A stretch of 64,000 nucleotides of DNA from Desulfobacterales bacterium (GTDB lineage: Bacteria; Desulfobacterota; Desulfobacteria; Desulfobacterales; UBA5852), in contig CAXXVS010000001.1 in the NCBI GenBank assembly GCA_963674755.2, positions 320,001 through 384,000 on the forward strand, in the 5' to 3' direction. The number at the start of each line of letters is the position of its first letter. Positions within the stretch are counted from its first letter, which is position 1. The notes below the pieces were generated by a model, which saw only the letters and a program-made list of their open reading frames with translations, was not told where the DNA came from and did no database searches. This document shows positions 39,279-50,255 of the stretch, piece after piece. Both the position numbers and the translations under genes were made by a program.

Positions 39279-41246
39279 ATGGAAAAGAAGGCAACCGTCT
39301 CCAAGAAGGAGATTGTCACCAAAGATGTGACCATTTGCGAATCAACCGCCCAGATGCTCGAAAAGGCCAAACGCGACGGCGTTGAGACCGCTTTCGACCG
39401 TGCGGCGAATATGAAAGCCTGCCCCATCGGGGCGGACTCGGCCTGCTGCAAGCACTGCTCCATGGGACCCTGCCGGCTGAATGCCAAAGCACCTTACGAC
39501 AAGGTGGGGGTCTGCGGGGCGACGATCGATACCATCATGGCCCGCAACTTCGCTCGTATGGTGGCTTCCGGCGCCGCGGCGCACACCGACCACGGGATGA
39601 GCATGCTGGATCTCTTCCGCGAGGTGGTCAACGGCAAGATCCTGGACTACGAGATCAAGGACGTCCAAAAGCTGGAAAGCGTGGCCCAGGAAATCGGTAT
39701 CGAAACCGAAGGCCGCAGTGCCAAGGAAATCGCCACCGATCTCTATGAGGAACTCGAGCGCACCTATGTCCAGGTGGAAGGTGAAATTCCTTTTGCCAAG
39801 CGGGTACCGCCTAAAACCCTCGAAACCTGGCGCAAGCTGGGCATCGTCCCCCGGGGCGCCATGCGGGAGATCATGGAACTCATGCACCGCACCCATATGG
39901 GCGTGGACCAGCACTATGAAAACATCACCAAACAGTGCAGCCGCACCGCTCTGGCGGACGGCTGGGGCGGCTCCATGGTGGCCACCGAGATTTCCGATAT
40001 CCTTTTCGGTACGCCTACGCCGGTGGCGGTGGACGTCGATATGGGCTGTCTCAAGGAAGATCAGGTCAATATCATCGTGCATGGCCACGAACCCAACCTG
40101 TTCGAATCCATGCTCGTATCGGTCAGCGACAAGGATCTGGTGGCCAAGGCCAAGGCGGCCGGTGCCAAGGGCATCAACCTGGTGGGCATGTGCTGCTCCG
40201 GGGCCGAAATGATGTCGCGCCACGGGGTCCCCCATGCCGGAAACTTCATGTCCACCGAAGCGGTGCTGGTGACCGGGGCTGTGGATGCCATGTGCGTCGA
40301 CGTCCAGTGCATCAAGCAGGGCCTCGTGGCGGTGGCGGACTGCTATAAAACGCCTTTGATTACCACCAACCCGCGCTGCCACATCGAGGGTGCCGAGCAT
40401 GTCGAGTTCCACGAGCATGATCCGCGCGATTGCACCGACACCATGGTCCTCAAGGCCATTCACCGTTTCGGGAACCGCACCGCCCAGATCGAAATCCCCA
40501 AACACAAAAGCACCGGCGTGCACGGGTTCTCCCACGAATACATCAACTACATGCTGGGCGGGACTTTCCGGGGCTCCTACACCCCGCTCAACGACAACAT
40601 CATCAACGGCCGCATCCGCGGCGTGGCCGGGGTCGTGGGCTGCACCAACCCGCGGGTCAAGCAGGACTGGGTGCATGTCGAAATGGTCAAGGAATTGATC
40701 AAGAACGACGTCCTGGTGGTCCAGACCGGGTGCTCCCAGATCGCCCTGGCCAAGGCCGGCTTGTGTACCCCGGAGGCCGCGCACCTGGCCGGCGCCGGGC
40801 TCAAGGAGGTCTGCGAGACCGTGGGGATGCCCCCTGTTTTGGGATTAGGCTCCTGCGTGGACAACAGCCGCATCCTGATCGCCTGCGCGGAAATGGTGAA
40901 AACCGGCGGCCTGGGCGAAAGCATTGCCGACCTGCCCGTGGCGGGCGCGGCACCGGAGTGGATGAGTGAAAAGGCCATCAGTATCGGCCATTATTTCGTG
41001 GCGTCCGGTGTTTTTACCGTCTTCGGGGTGACCTTCCCCATCGTGGAAGAAACCAAGTTCCACAAGCATCTGTTCCAGGGCCTCGAAACCCAGGGCGTCG
41101 GCAAGTGGGGCTTCACTCCCGATCCCTATGAGATGGCCCAGATGATGATCGACCATATCGATGTCAAGCGCAAAGCCCTCGGCATCGACAAGGCCCGCGA
41201 ACGGGTCCTGATGGACATGAGCGACCGGCAGCAATTGTCGGCTTAA
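39279..41246 (+). CDS. cooS: Ni,Fe carbon monoxide dehydrogenase catalytic subunit
   Basis: CCKHCSMGPCR, HTDH, HGHEP, GMCC, DVQC, VGC, TGC, GSCVD, SEKA; AAGGAG RBS. Confidence 0.95.
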   Translation: MEKKATVSKKEIVTKDVTICESTAQMLEKAKRDGVETAFDRAANMKACPIGADSACCKHCSMGPCRLNAKAPYDKVGVCGATIDTIMARNFARMVASGAAAHTDHGMSMLDLFREVVNGKILDYEIKDVQKLESVAQEIGIETEGRSAKEIATDLYEELERTYVQVEGEIPFAKRVPPKTLETWRKLGIVPRGAMREIMELMHRTHMGVDQHYENITKQCSRTALADGWGGSMVATEISDILFGTPTPVAVDVDMGCLKEDQVNIIVHGHEPNLFESMLVSVSDKDLVAKAKAAGAKGINLVGMCCSGAEMMSRHGVPHAGNFMSTEAVLVTGAVDAMCVDVQCIKQGLVAVADCYKTPLITTNPRCHIEGAEHVEFHEHDPRDCTDTMVLKAIHRFGNRTAQIEIPKHKSTGVHGFSHEYINYMLGGTFRGSYTPLNDNIINGRIRGVAGVVGCTNPRVKQDWVHVEMVKELIKNDVLVVQTGCSQIALAKAGLCTPEAAHLAGAGLKEVCETVGMPPVLGLGSCVDNSRILIACAEMVKTGGLGESIADLPVAGAAPEWMSEKAISIGHYFVASGVFTVFGVTFPIVEETKFHKHLFQGLETQGVGKWGFTPDPYEMAQMMIDHIDVKRKALGIDKARERVLMDMSDRQQLSA

Positions 41247-41276
41247 CACCTATATTCCAGATAAACACCTCACCCG

Positions 41277-41308
41277 CAGGCGGAGCGCTCTATCGGCTCC
41301 GCCTGCGG
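41277..41308 (+). terminator. Hairpin after cooS
   Basis: CCGCAGGCGGAGC / GCTCCGCCTGCGG stem, no strong U tract. Confidence 0.5.
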
Positions 41309-41433
41309 TCGTCTGAAAGGCCTCGCAGGCCGGTGTCGCCTTGTACCGGTTGCCGTGCGTGCTTATGGTAGGGGCCATTCTGAGCATTCAGTATTCTCCC
41401 TGGGGGATAATCCTGAGAGGAAAGGTGCAGATA

Positions 41434-41784
41434 ATGATGACGTTGGAAGAATTGCGGGGCGACCAGGCGATCATCGATGAAATCGACTGGAACATGACGC
41501 CCGAAGAGGCGGTGCGGCTCTACCTGGAGTGGGGCAACAACTGGGCCCGCGGGGACGGCTATGTGATCGCCTCCAAAGCGGACTACACGACCTATTTTGT
41601 GGTGAACTGCTGGCAGCGGCCCTACATGATCTATCTCATCAAGCGGAATTCCGAAGAAGCCCGGGAGCTGGCCCAGTTCGAGCTGCCGGCGCGTTTCGAA
41701 AAGGACGTCTGCGAGCTGAAAGGCGTCTACGCCCTGGACGAGGATGTCAAGGCCTGGCTGAAGGAAGAACTGGGCGTACGGTAA
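41434..41784 (+). CDS. DVU0772-family protein
   Basis: IDWNMTPEEAVRLYLEWGNNW motif, recalled as this family. Confidence 0.75.
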   Translation: MMTLEELRGDQAIIDEIDWNMTPEEAVRLYLEWGNNWARGDGYVIASKADYTTYFVVNCWQRPYMIYLIKRNSEEARELAQFELPARFEKDVCELKGVYALDEDVKAWLKEELGVR

Positions 41785-41905
41785 GGCTTGGGGCCGGTAG
41801 GCGGGATCGGCGGATGCTTCCCATTCGTTTTGAAGCCCCCTTTTAGGAGGCTGCCTGATGCCTCCCGCTATGCGGGAGGAGGCTCACGGGCTGCCGGCCG
41901 AGCCT

Positions 41906-43276
41906 TTATTCGCCTTGGGGATCGTCGGCCGCCAACCCGGGGTGGTCGCTTAAAAAACGATACAGGGTGGCCCGCCCCACCCCCAGCAGCCGGGCGGCTT
42001 TGGACTTGTTGCCCCCGGTCTGGGCCAGGGCACGCTGCACGGTGACGCGGTTGAGCTTGCGCGAGGGGCCCCGCCGCAAGGTTTCAGGCCGGGAGGCCCG
42101 GATCTCCATGGGCAGATCGTCGCGGGTGATAAGGCGGCCGCTGGATTTGACCAGCGCGAATTGAATGGCATTTTGGAGTTCACGCACGTTGCCCGGCCAG
42201 TCATAGTCCATCAGAAGGGACATGGCCTCCTTGGCAATGCGCAGGGGCGCCTGGTTGTGCTTGAGGGCGGCTTCGTGCATGAAGTGGTTGACCAGCAGGG
42301 GGACGTCCGTACGGCGCTCCCGCAAAGCCGGAATATGGATGGGAATGACGCTCAGACGGTAGAATAAATCTTCCCGGAAGCGGTTGTGCCGGACCTCTTC
42401 CTTCAAGTCCTTGTTGGTAGCGCTGATGACCTTGACGTCAACGGTAAGCGTCTTCTCGCCCCCCACCCGCTCGAAAGTGCCCTCCTGTAAAAAGCGAAGC
42501 AGTTTGACCTGCATATTCTTGGAGAGTTCGGCCACCTCGTCCAGAAAGATGGTGCCCCGGTCGGCCAGCTCGAAGCGGCCTTTCTTATCGCGGATGGCGC
42601 CCGTAAAGGCACCTTTGACGTGGCCGAAGAGTTCGCTTTCGATCAGACCCTCCGGCAGGGCGCCGCAGTTGATGGGCACAAAAGCCGTGCCGGCCCGGCG
42701 GCTTTCATTGTGAATGGCGGTGGCCACCAGTTCCTTGCCGGTCCCGGTTTCCCCGAAGATATGCACCGGATAGTCGTAGGCGGCCACATCGCTGATTTGC
42801 TGGAACACCTGGAGCATTTTGGCGTCCCGCCCGACGATATTGGAAAACTGGTTCAGGTTGCCGGATTGCAGTTGCAGCCGCAGCTCGTCGGTGATGTCGC
42901 GGAAAAGGGCCAGCACGCCCACATCCCGGCCGGCGGCATCCCGCATCATGGTGATGCTCATCTCGATGCGCCGCGTTTCACAGGTTTTGGTCGTGATATT
43001 GAGGGTGTATTCTTTTCGGTCGATGCTGCCGGGCGCAAGCTCGGCGTGGTCGCAGAAAGAGCAGCGTTCGCCGCAGAAGGGAATCCCGAAGGCATCGTGG
43101 CAGTCTTTGCCGATAATCTCTTCCCGGCTGAAGCCGGTAATGATCTCGGCCTGCTGGTTGAAGAAGAAAATGCGGCGTTTCAGATCGTGGGCGATAACCC
43201 CTTCTTTGAGATTATCCAGGATGCGGGCCAAGTTCTCCCGGGGGGCCAGAATTCGGTTCAGATGGGTTTCCGCCAT
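41906..43276 (-). CDS. PAS-domain sigma54-dependent activator (Cys-rich PAS)
   Basis: [42 protein letters not shown] in the PAS domain. Confidence 0.93.
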   Translation of the reverse strand: MAETHLNRILAPRENLARILDNLKEGVIAHDLKRRIFFFNQQAEIITGFSREEIIGKDCHDAFGIPFCGERCSFCDHAELAPGSIDRKEYTLNITTKTCETRRIEMSITMMRDAAGRDVGVLALFRDITDELRLQLQSGNLNQFSNIVGRDAKMLQVFQQISDVAAYDYPVHIFGETGTGKELVATAIHNESRRAGTAFVPINCGALPEGLIESELFGHVKGAFTGAIRDKKGRFELADRGTIFLDEVAELSKNMQVKLLRFLQEGTFERVGGEKTLTVDVKVISATNKDLKEEVRHNRFREDLFYRLSVIPIHIPALRERRTDVPLLVNHFMHEAALKHNQAPLRIAKEAMSLLMDYDWPGNVRELQNAIQFALVKSSGRLITRDDLPMEIRASRPETLRRGPSRKLNRVTVQRALAQTGGNKSKAARLLGVGRATLYRFLSDHPGLAADDPQGE

Positions 43277-43399
43277 GAGCTTCCACTAGTCGACGCAGGG
43301 TGGCAAGATGCGCATATGAATACTGCATGCGATTCGGAATGTCAAACCATATAGGAAATCAGATCAACATGTTACACGATTTTTTTCGGTTTCGGGCGG

Positions 43400-44143
43400 T
43401 TACAGCCGGCAGGGCAGGCGCCGGTTCAGGCGGATGGCCTGCCGGTCGATATGGACATCGTAGGCCAGGATCTCCACTCCGCTCGCCAGCGCGCTGCGCA
43501 GGGCCTTGCCATAGGCCGGATCGATGTCGTCGGCCGGAGCGAAGACCTCGGCATCCATGCGTTGGATGAAATAGAACATGACACTGCGGTGACCGGCGGC
43601 AACCTGCGCGCCGAGTTCCTGCAGATGCTTCAAGCCGCGGGCGGTGACCGCATCCGGGAAGCGGGCCACGCCGTCGCGGACCATGGTACAGTTTTTGACT
43701 TCCACGTAACAGGTGCCCTGCCGTGCATCCTGCAGCATGAGATCAACCCGGGTATGATCGCCGATGCGCACTTCGGATTGCACGGCGGCGTAGCCGCGCA
43801 GTTCCTCCACCTGGCCGGTTTGAAGGGCATGCTTCACGAGGCGGTTGGGCACCAGGGTATTGACGCCCACCAGGGAGTCCGGCATCCGGATGAGCTCCCA
43901 GGTATACTTCAATTTCCGTTTGGGATTGTCATGCACCGAAAGGTAGACCGGGCGGCCAGGTTCACAGCAGTCCGTCATGCGGCCGGTGTTGGGGCAGTGA
44001 GCCGTGACCGTGCGGCCATCTTCCAGTTTCACATCCGCCAGGAAGCGCTGGTAGCGTTTAAGGAGCGTTCCCTTGACCAGGGGCGGCCAGGCCAGCCCCG
44101 TCGGTTCTGCGGCGGTGGGCTTGGATGTCGCGGCAGGGCCCAT
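43400..44143 (-). CDS. sfsA: DNA/RNA nuclease SfsA
   Basis: RYQRFLAD, AHCPNTGRM, YVEVK, FPDAVTARGLKHL. Confidence 0.93.
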   Translation of the reverse strand: MGPAATSKPTAAEPTGLAWPPLVKGTLLKRYQRFLADVKLEDGRTVTAHCPNTGRMTDCCEPGRPVYLSVHDNPKRKLKYTWELIRMPDSLVGVNTLVPNRLVKHALQTGQVEELRGYAAVQSEVRIGDHTRVDLMLQDARQGTCYVEVKNCTMVRDGVARFPDAVTARGLKHLQELGAQVAAGHRSVMFYFIQRMDAEVFAPADDIDPAYGKALRSALASGVEILAYDVHIDRQAIRLNRRLPCRL

Positions 44144-44691
44144 CAGTGATCGTCGGTGGCGGCGGGCGGTTTCAGGAAGCGCGCCACGATCAGGTCGACC
44201 AGGGCCGGAATCTCTTCCAGTCCGAACACGGCAAAGCGGTTGTCGGCCGGCAGGGCAAGGTCGATATCCGTCACCAGGGCAAAAAGGTCGGGATCTTCGA
44301 GAAACAGGGGATTGGCATGCGCGGCATGCCGCAGGATTTCCACCTTGGGCAGGCGCTCCGATTTGAAGCCTTCGGCGATGATCAGATCCACCCCGGCCAT
44401 CAGGGGGCGGATCTCTTCCAGACGCGCGATGGGCGTATTGACGACCATGGCCGTCTTCTCGGGTCCGGCAATGGCGGTGATATCGGCGCCGGCCTGCTGA
44501 TGGCGCCAGCTGTCTTTGCCCTCCCGGTCAATGGCGAAGCCGTGGTGGGCGTGTTTGATCGTACCCACCTTGAATCCGCGTCCCTTCAACTCGGGCAGCA
44601 GCTTTTCGATTATGGTGGTCTTGCCGGCGTTCGAAAAGCCCACCACGGTGATGATCGGCGGGTGGGCCGCAGTGTCGGGTGCGGGGTGCAT
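44143..44691 (-). CDS. mobB: Molybdopterin-guanine dinucleotide biosynthesis protein B
   Basis: GFSNAGKTT, IKHAHH, GKDSWRH, EGFK. Confidence 0.92.
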   Translation of the reverse strand: MHPAPDTAAHPPIITVVGFSNAGKTTIIEKLLPELKGRGFKVGTIKHAHHGFAIDREGKDSWRHQQAGADITAIAGPEKTAMVVNTPIARLEEIRPLMAGVDLIIAEGFKSERLPKVEILRHAAHANPLFLEDPDLFALVTDIDLALPADNRFAVFGLEEIPALVDLIVARFLKPPAATDDH

Positions 44692-44935
44692 AGACGATTA
44701 AACGCCGGCCAACCGGCGCTTCTCCCTTCGGTCAGTTTGGCAAAAGCAGGCGCAGATTATGCGTGTATGCCCCGGTTGTCAAGGCGTATGGCGCTGTGTG
44801 CGGGGATGATAAAACGATATGCCTGAAATTGCGCAAAGTCAGGTTGCGGATGCTTGACGTTGGTTTGCATGCGGGGAATTCTGGGGGGATTCGCGCAGAT
44901 TGCTTGATAACGGCAATTGGCGCCGGCGGCACCCA

Positions 44936-46852
44936 TCATTCGGCACCCAGGGCCATCCTGACGGTTTTGGCCAGATCGGCATAGGTTACCGGCTTCATCA
45001 GGAAAGCGCTGACACCGATGGCTTCTCTCACCCGGGCATCGATCCGGTCGCTGAAGCCGCTGCAGAGAATGATCGGGATATCGGATCGGATGGCTTTCAT
45101 TTCACGGGCCAGTTCGTCGCCCGACATTTTGGGCATGGCCATGTCGGTAATGATTAGATCGTATTTTTGGGGGTCTGTGCGAAAGGCCTCGATGGCATCA
45201 ATGGAACTGGCCCTGGTTTCAACGCGGTACCCCAGCCTCTCCAGCAAAGCCCGGCCAAGGTCGATCAGCGGCTTCTCATCGTCCACAAAAAGAATGCGCT
45301 CACTGCCCGTGGGTAGCTGCTCCGGCTGCTTGGCAGCGGCCTCAAGTGATGCCTCAACGACCGGCAAAAAGATATGGAAGGTCGTGCCCACTCCGGGCTC
45401 GCTGTAGACTTTGATACTTCCGCTGTGGTCCTGGACGATGCCGTGCACGGTGGAAAGGCCCAGGCCCGTGCCTTCGCCGGTGGGCTTGGTGGTGAAATAG
45501 GGCTCGAAAATGCGGTTAATCAGATTCGGTGCGATGCCAGGACCGGTGTCAGCGATGGATAGCTTGAGATAATCTCCCGGCGCCATCCCTGGATAGTTCT
45601 GCGCATCCTGCTCCTGGATGGCAACGGCCTTCAGGCTCACATCCAAAGTTCCGCCTGTGTTATTCATGGCATGGCGGGCATTGGTGCAAAGGTTCATGAC
45701 GACCTGGTGGATTTGCGTTTCATCCGCGAATACCGGTGCGAGATTCGAAGGAATGTCTTCCCGGATTTCAATATTTGCGGAAAGGGTCGCCTTGATGAGT
45801 TTTAAAGCCTCCTCAATCGCCCGGCTAATATCAAGCGGTCCTTTTTCGGAACGGCTCTGGCGGCTGAATGTGAGAATCTGTTGAACCAGGTCCTTGGCGC
45901 GGCGGCCGGCCTGGGAGATCTGGGAGACATATTGCTTCGCGTTTGAACCCGTCGGACATTCGAGCTGTGCCAGTTCGGTAAATCCTAAAATGGCCGCCAG
46001 AATATTATTGAAGTCGTGGGCGATCCCGCCGGCGAGGGTCCCCAGCGCTTCCATTTTCTGGGTCTCGCGCATTTGCGCTTCCATTTTACGGCGCTGCTTT
46101 TTGGCCTCCTTCCAATCGCTGATGTCCTGGACAAAAGAGACGCTGTAGAGTTTATTGTTAAATTCAAAGAGATTCCCCGTGATCGCTACGGGGATCTCAG
46201 TGCCGTCCTTTCGACGGTGGAGGGATTCAAAATGGATAACCCCCTCTTTTTGCAACTGGCGCCATAACTGTGCGTTTTCCTCCGGGGAATTACCCCGATC
46301 GATATCCAGGATATGCATCCGGCAGAGTTCTGCCTTGGTATAGCCAAGATATCGGCAAGCATGATCGTTTACATCGGCAATATGTCCGCTGGCCCTGGCC
46401 AGGAAAATACCGAAGGAAGCCTTGTCGAACATGAATTGGGATAGCCGTAGCGATTCGGAAAGGTGCTTGCGTTGCGTGATGTCCTTTATGAGCGCCATGG
46501 AGTAACCACGGCCTTCGAATTCGAGATAGGTCGCCGTCACTTCAACCGGGAAAACCGTACCGTCTTTTCGCCGATGGGCGCCCTCGACGGTGACGTTTTG
46601 CTCGGTGCTTATCTGTCGCCACGCATCAGGCCACATTTCCGGTGTAACCATGGGATCGATATCGGATACCGACATCCCCAGCAGCTCCTCCCGTGAATAG
46701 CCGAGAGATTCACAAGCTTTGCGGTTGGCGTATAGAATGCGGCCGTCCCGGTTCAACCTGAGGGCGCAGACCGAGGCGTTGTCCAAGCAGAATTTGTCCA
46801 GTCGACTTTCCTGGCTGTCCAAATTTGCGGAATTGTCCCCAGCGCTTCCCAT
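44936..46852 (-). CDS. Hybrid sensor kinase (2xPAS-HisKA-HATPase-REC)
   Basis: GIAHDFNN, NLCTNA, FTTK..GTGLGL, receiver FVDDE..TDMAMP..KP. Confidence 0.93.
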   Translation of the reverse strand: MGSAGDNSANLDSQESRLDKFCLDNASVCALRLNRDGRILYANRKACESLGYSREELLGMSVSDIDPMVTPEMWPDAWRQISTEQNVTVEGAHRRKDGTVFPVEVTATYLEFEGRGYSMALIKDITQRKHLSESLRLSQFMFDKASFGIFLARASGHIADVNDHACRYLGYTKAELCRMHILDIDRGNSPEENAQLWRQLQKEGVIHFESLHRRKDGTEIPVAITGNLFEFNNKLYSVSFVQDISDWKEAKKQRRKMEAQMRETQKMEALGTLAGGIAHDFNNILAAILGFTELAQLECPTGSNAKQYVSQISQAGRRAKDLVQQILTFSRQSRSEKGPLDISRAIEEALKLIKATLSANIEIREDIPSNLAPVFADETQIHQVVMNLCTNARHAMNNTGGTLDVSLKAVAIQEQDAQNYPGMAPGDYLKLSIADTGPGIAPNLINRIFEPYFTTKPTGEGTGLGLSTVHGIVQDHSGSIKVYSEPGVGTTFHIFLPVVEASLEAAAKQPEQLPTGSERILFVDDEKPLIDLGRALLERLGYRVETRASSIDAIEAFRTDPQKYDLIITDMAMPKMSGDELAREMKAIRSDIPIILCSGFSDRIDARVREAIGVSAFLMKPVTYADLAKTVRMALGAE

Positions 46853-47185
46853 GGCGTCCCTCCGGGTTGTCAACAATCGGATTCAGTTTACGGGATATCC
46901 CGTTAATGTCAATTACTAGACCTTATTTATGGGATAACGATTTATAGGGGAAGGACCGTTTTCTTACTTGAAGAAGTGTTGCTGGATGGGTTGACCGGTT
47001 TTTTCTGATTCGTGCGCGGGGTGCTGGTTGATGTCGCCCCGGTGTCGGTTGCGAGGTAATAGATGATCCAGGCGGCGTCGGCTTTTTTGGTGCCTGAGTA
47101 TTTGGCGTTTCTAACGATGCCCTTAATTAAAAATTAAGGTGCGACCCTCTTAGTCCTCTTTTAGTCCTCCAATGTCTTTTTGATC

Positions 47186-48244
47186 CTAATCCTTGCCGCG
47201 TTCTATGGCCATATTCATGAACGCTTCATATGTATTGGCCGGAGGAATGTACTGATCGGGCATTTCTTTTTGTTTATAGAGCATGGCGCCCGTGGAACAA
47301 CCCGTAACGCACACGCCGCACCCAATACACCGGTCAGAATTCACCGATGCCGTCTGCTCCACTGTGATGGCGTCCATATGGCAACGGTCCGCACAGACGC
47401 CACAGGCGATGCATTCTTCCTCATCCACTTGGGCGTAATAACTGGTGTGCACATACCGTCCCGGTTTGTCCATGGCCTTTATATTTCTCAAAAAAAGGCA
47501 GCAACATCCGCAGCACATGCACAAAGTGGAAGGGTTTTGGCTGTTATCGGGCTGCAACACCAAACCGGCTTTTCTACCTCTTTCCAAGGCCTCCAGAGCT
47601 TCCGCCACGCCGACACCTCGACCCAGATCGTTCTCTTCAAAGTAATCGGTGATATCGCCGAAAAACAGGCATACATCCAGGGGGCCGGCACACCCTTCAC
47701 CCATAAGTAGTTGTTCCTTACGGCAGATGCAGGTTCCAAGCACAATCTTTTTTTGGCTTTTGATGAGCGCCTCGGCGTCATCATAGGAAAAAATGCTCAG
47801 GTCCGGAACGATCTTCCTGGACACGGGTATTACCCTTTTGTGATTGGTTTTGCTTTTCATCCAGGATTTCAGGTGGATTTGCGGCAGGTACGCGTTGTAA
47901 TCCCGCACCAGGTCCTCGGTTAGGTCGTTGCAATGGTACTCCCAAATTCCCATGATAAACATGGCCGCTGAATAGGCCTTTTGGTTACCCTTTCCGGAGC
48001 GGTAAATGAGTCCTTTACGTGACATTTCCTCCAGCCTAGTCGCTATCTCCTTTGCATCCATTCCGGTACGGGCAGCGATCGCTTCGGGATCCTCGGGAAT
48101 CACATTCAAGCAGACAGTCAGTTCTGCCTCTTCCGGCAAAAAAAGGTGCTTAAGTATGCGTATTTCCACACCGCTTTCCGTGGCGGGAAATCCGCCGGGC
48201 AATCTGTCCAAATGCTTTGCAAGGTTTTGATAAACATCAGGCAT
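47186..48244 (-). CDS. 4Fe-4S dicluster protein with N-terminal winged-helix-like region
   Basis: CICR..C..C, CMCCGCCC, two CxxCxxCxxxC motifs. Confidence 0.85.
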   Translation of the reverse strand: MPDVYQNLAKHLDRLPGGFPATESGVEIRILKHLFLPEEAELTVCLNVIPEDPEAIAARTGMDAKEIATRLEEMSRKGLIYRSGKGNQKAYSAAMFIMGIWEYHCNDLTEDLVRDYNAYLPQIHLKSWMKSKTNHKRVIPVSRKIVPDLSIFSYDDAEALIKSQKKIVLGTCICRKEQLLMGEGCAGPLDVCLFFGDITDYFEENDLGRGVGVAEALEALERGRKAGLVLQPDNSQNPSTLCMCCGCCCLFLRNIKAMDKPGRYVHTSYYAQVDEEECIACGVCADRCHMDAITVEQTASVNSDRCIGCGVCVTGCSTGAMLYKQKEMPDQYIPPANTYEAFMNMAIERGKD

Positions 48245-48471
48245 AAAATATCCCCATTGACATTTTTAATATCGACGGCAGGGGCTTCGTTTTCGACACC
48301 GAGATACAATTCTCCATACGCGTGTAGCCCAATGCCGCGGTCTGGGGCAGCAAGGGCTTTCTCTTTCCTTTACAAGTGGCAAATGGTTAATTTACGTTCG
48401 ATTTTTAAAGCGGCGCGGCTCTTGATGTCACCTGCAAGGGTTATATTTCTTGCTATTAATGAAATATGATA

Positions 48472-48918
48472 TCACTTTTCAGATAGTGTCCATGGCTTTG
48501 TAAAGTAGGTTTCGCGGACTTCAGACGCCTTTGAGTTCGCCCAATTTTCCAGCCCCATTTTATTGATTAAACACAGATTATAGACCTTCATGTTATGGGG
48601 TAGCTCAGTAGCTCTGTCTGCATAAGGGTGTAGATTATCACATGGAAATTCGTCACAGTCCCCACAAAAAGCAACGCCCTTTTTTTTAGAACATTCATAC
48701 GCGGCACAGCTATGCGAATCTCCGAAAATATGCTTTTGCAATGGTATTTTGCCATCGTGATCCCGGCACCCTTTGCATAGCATGATTTCAACTGGCACAT
48801 TATATTCTTCGGACATTTTTTCAACAGCGGCTCTTGCTTCCTTATTTTCAAGGGCCAAATGAAAATGGCAGTTAAAACAGTCCAAGCCGCAGGGAGCGGT
48901 CATTTGAAAATAATCCAT
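48472..48918 (-). CDS. DUF3795-family Cys-rich protein
   Basis: APCGLDCFNC, CKGCR, C...C, FCGDCDEFPC. Confidence 0.8.
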   Translation of the reverse strand: MDYFQMTAPCGLDCFNCHFHLALENKEARAAVEKMSEEYNVPVEIMLCKGCRDHDGKIPLQKHIFGDSHSCAAYECSKKKGVAFCGDCDEFPCDNLHPYADRATELPHNMKVYNLCLINKMGLENWANSKASEVRETYFTKPWTLSEK

Positions 48919-49075
48919 AGTTGATTCTCCTCACAATTTTAAAATTGATATGAACAGGTAAAATCATAATTCGACTATAGACAATAAAACATCACCCATT
49001 TGGGGGATATTTGGAAAAATTAAGGAAGCATCGGTGGTAGGAACGCCCGTTGCCGGGCGCCTCCCAAACTCTCCC

Positions 49076-49430
49076 ATCCTCGGCGATAGTGATTTCGTCA
49101 AAAAAATGCTGGCACAAAGCGAGGAGGCTTTGGAGCGAAAGGTTGCGCTTGAAGCGAAGGGCATCGGCATCGAGGATATTGCCGCGCGCGTGGCGCAACT
49201 TCTCGAAATGACCTACGATGCGCTATGGCTTCCCGGCAAATACCAAAAGCAGGTTGCCGCGCGCAGTCTGCTGTGTTTCTGGGCGGTAAACGAATTGGGA
49301 TGCAGCGTGACCGCAATTGGGAAAAAGTTGGGCATTTCCGCACCGGCCGTCAGTAAATCGGTGCGGCGCTGCGATTATTCACGAAAGAGGTTATACGCTA
49401 GAGTGAAGTTAAGAGAGAAAGGGCGTCCCC
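49076..49430 (+). mobile_element. 3' remnant of a RAYT/Y1 (HUH) transposase with a C-terminal HTH, plus its end motif
   Basis: ILGDSDFV...AARSLLCFWAVNELG.S...IGKKLGISAPAVSKSVRR resembles the C-terminus of such transposases; no HUH domain present; followed by AAGGGCGTCCCC. Confidence 0.65.
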
Positions 49431-49814
49431 AAAACTCCCCCAAGCTTGATTTTGTCTTGGGATCAAGCACTGAATTTGCCCTTGTTCTGATCAAATCAGC
49501 CATCGAATAAAAATTGTCTATTTTACCGATTTCCATGTTCTCTGTGTATCTACCCTATATATTGTCTATAGTTTTATGATGGGAGTTCTGTTATAAAGAG
49601 CCATATCTCTTGTTGTTAATTGTTTGAATCATAGTATACGAAACATCACTTACATTATGGCGTGACAGCCTTTATCTTCAAAAGCCCAAAGGTTTAACAA
49701 TCCTGTCAAATGAAAGGCGTGGAAGAATTATTTTAAAAGCTCTTTAGTACCATAGAAGCTTCCAAATGTTGGGATCTGACTCCAGCTATGTTTTTATCTA
49801 TCATTAATTTAGCT

Positions 49815-50255
49815 TTATATTTTTAAAAATTTTAGAAAGTTATCAATATTATTCATAATAGTAGTACGGTCGTAGGATTCGGTTGTGCAGCTTATGGAGT
49901 TAGATGATTTTATAGTATGAACTTCTCCAAACAATGGCACAAAATCTTCATGCCCGCCTTTATAAGCTCGCCAAATATTATCAAGTTTTTTGCGTTTAAA
50001 AATCCCATAAATACTACGTAGATTTTGGTAGGATTGAAAAACTTCAAGCAAGTCGTCACTCAATCGTTTTTGTGCGTTTTGCGTGTTTAAAAACCTAATG
50101 GCCATTCGCTGAGCCACTAGTAAATTACGAAAATTGGCTTCGCACTCTAAAATACGTGAAACTCGAACAGCGCGAATAGCAATAAGGCCTCCGATAATTG
50201 CGCCTGCAAGGCCTGATGTAAGCGATAAAATGATAGTAAGAAGTTGATTTGTCAT
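49815..50255 (-). CDS. Hypothetical protein with an N-terminal TM (AT-rich)
   Basis: 146-aa ORF in AT-rich DNA; GLAGAIIGGLIAI TM segment. Confidence 0.7.
   Translation of the reverse strand: MTNQLLTIILSLTSGLAGAIIGGLIAIRAVRVSRILECEANFRNLLVAQRMAIRFLNTQNAQKRLSDDLLEVFQSYQNLRSIYGIFKRKKLDNIWRAYKGGHEDFVPLFGEVHTIKSSNSISCTTESYDRTTIMNNIDNFLKFLKI

Noticed and set aside
47005..47118. Possible second transposase scrap on the minus strand (KKADAAWIIYYLAT)
   Set aside because: Too short and degenerate to call without a search
37581..48918. Selenocysteine read-through in the Cys-rich redox genes
   Set aside because: No in-frame TGA at a catalytic Cys position was seen; the ORFs look complete
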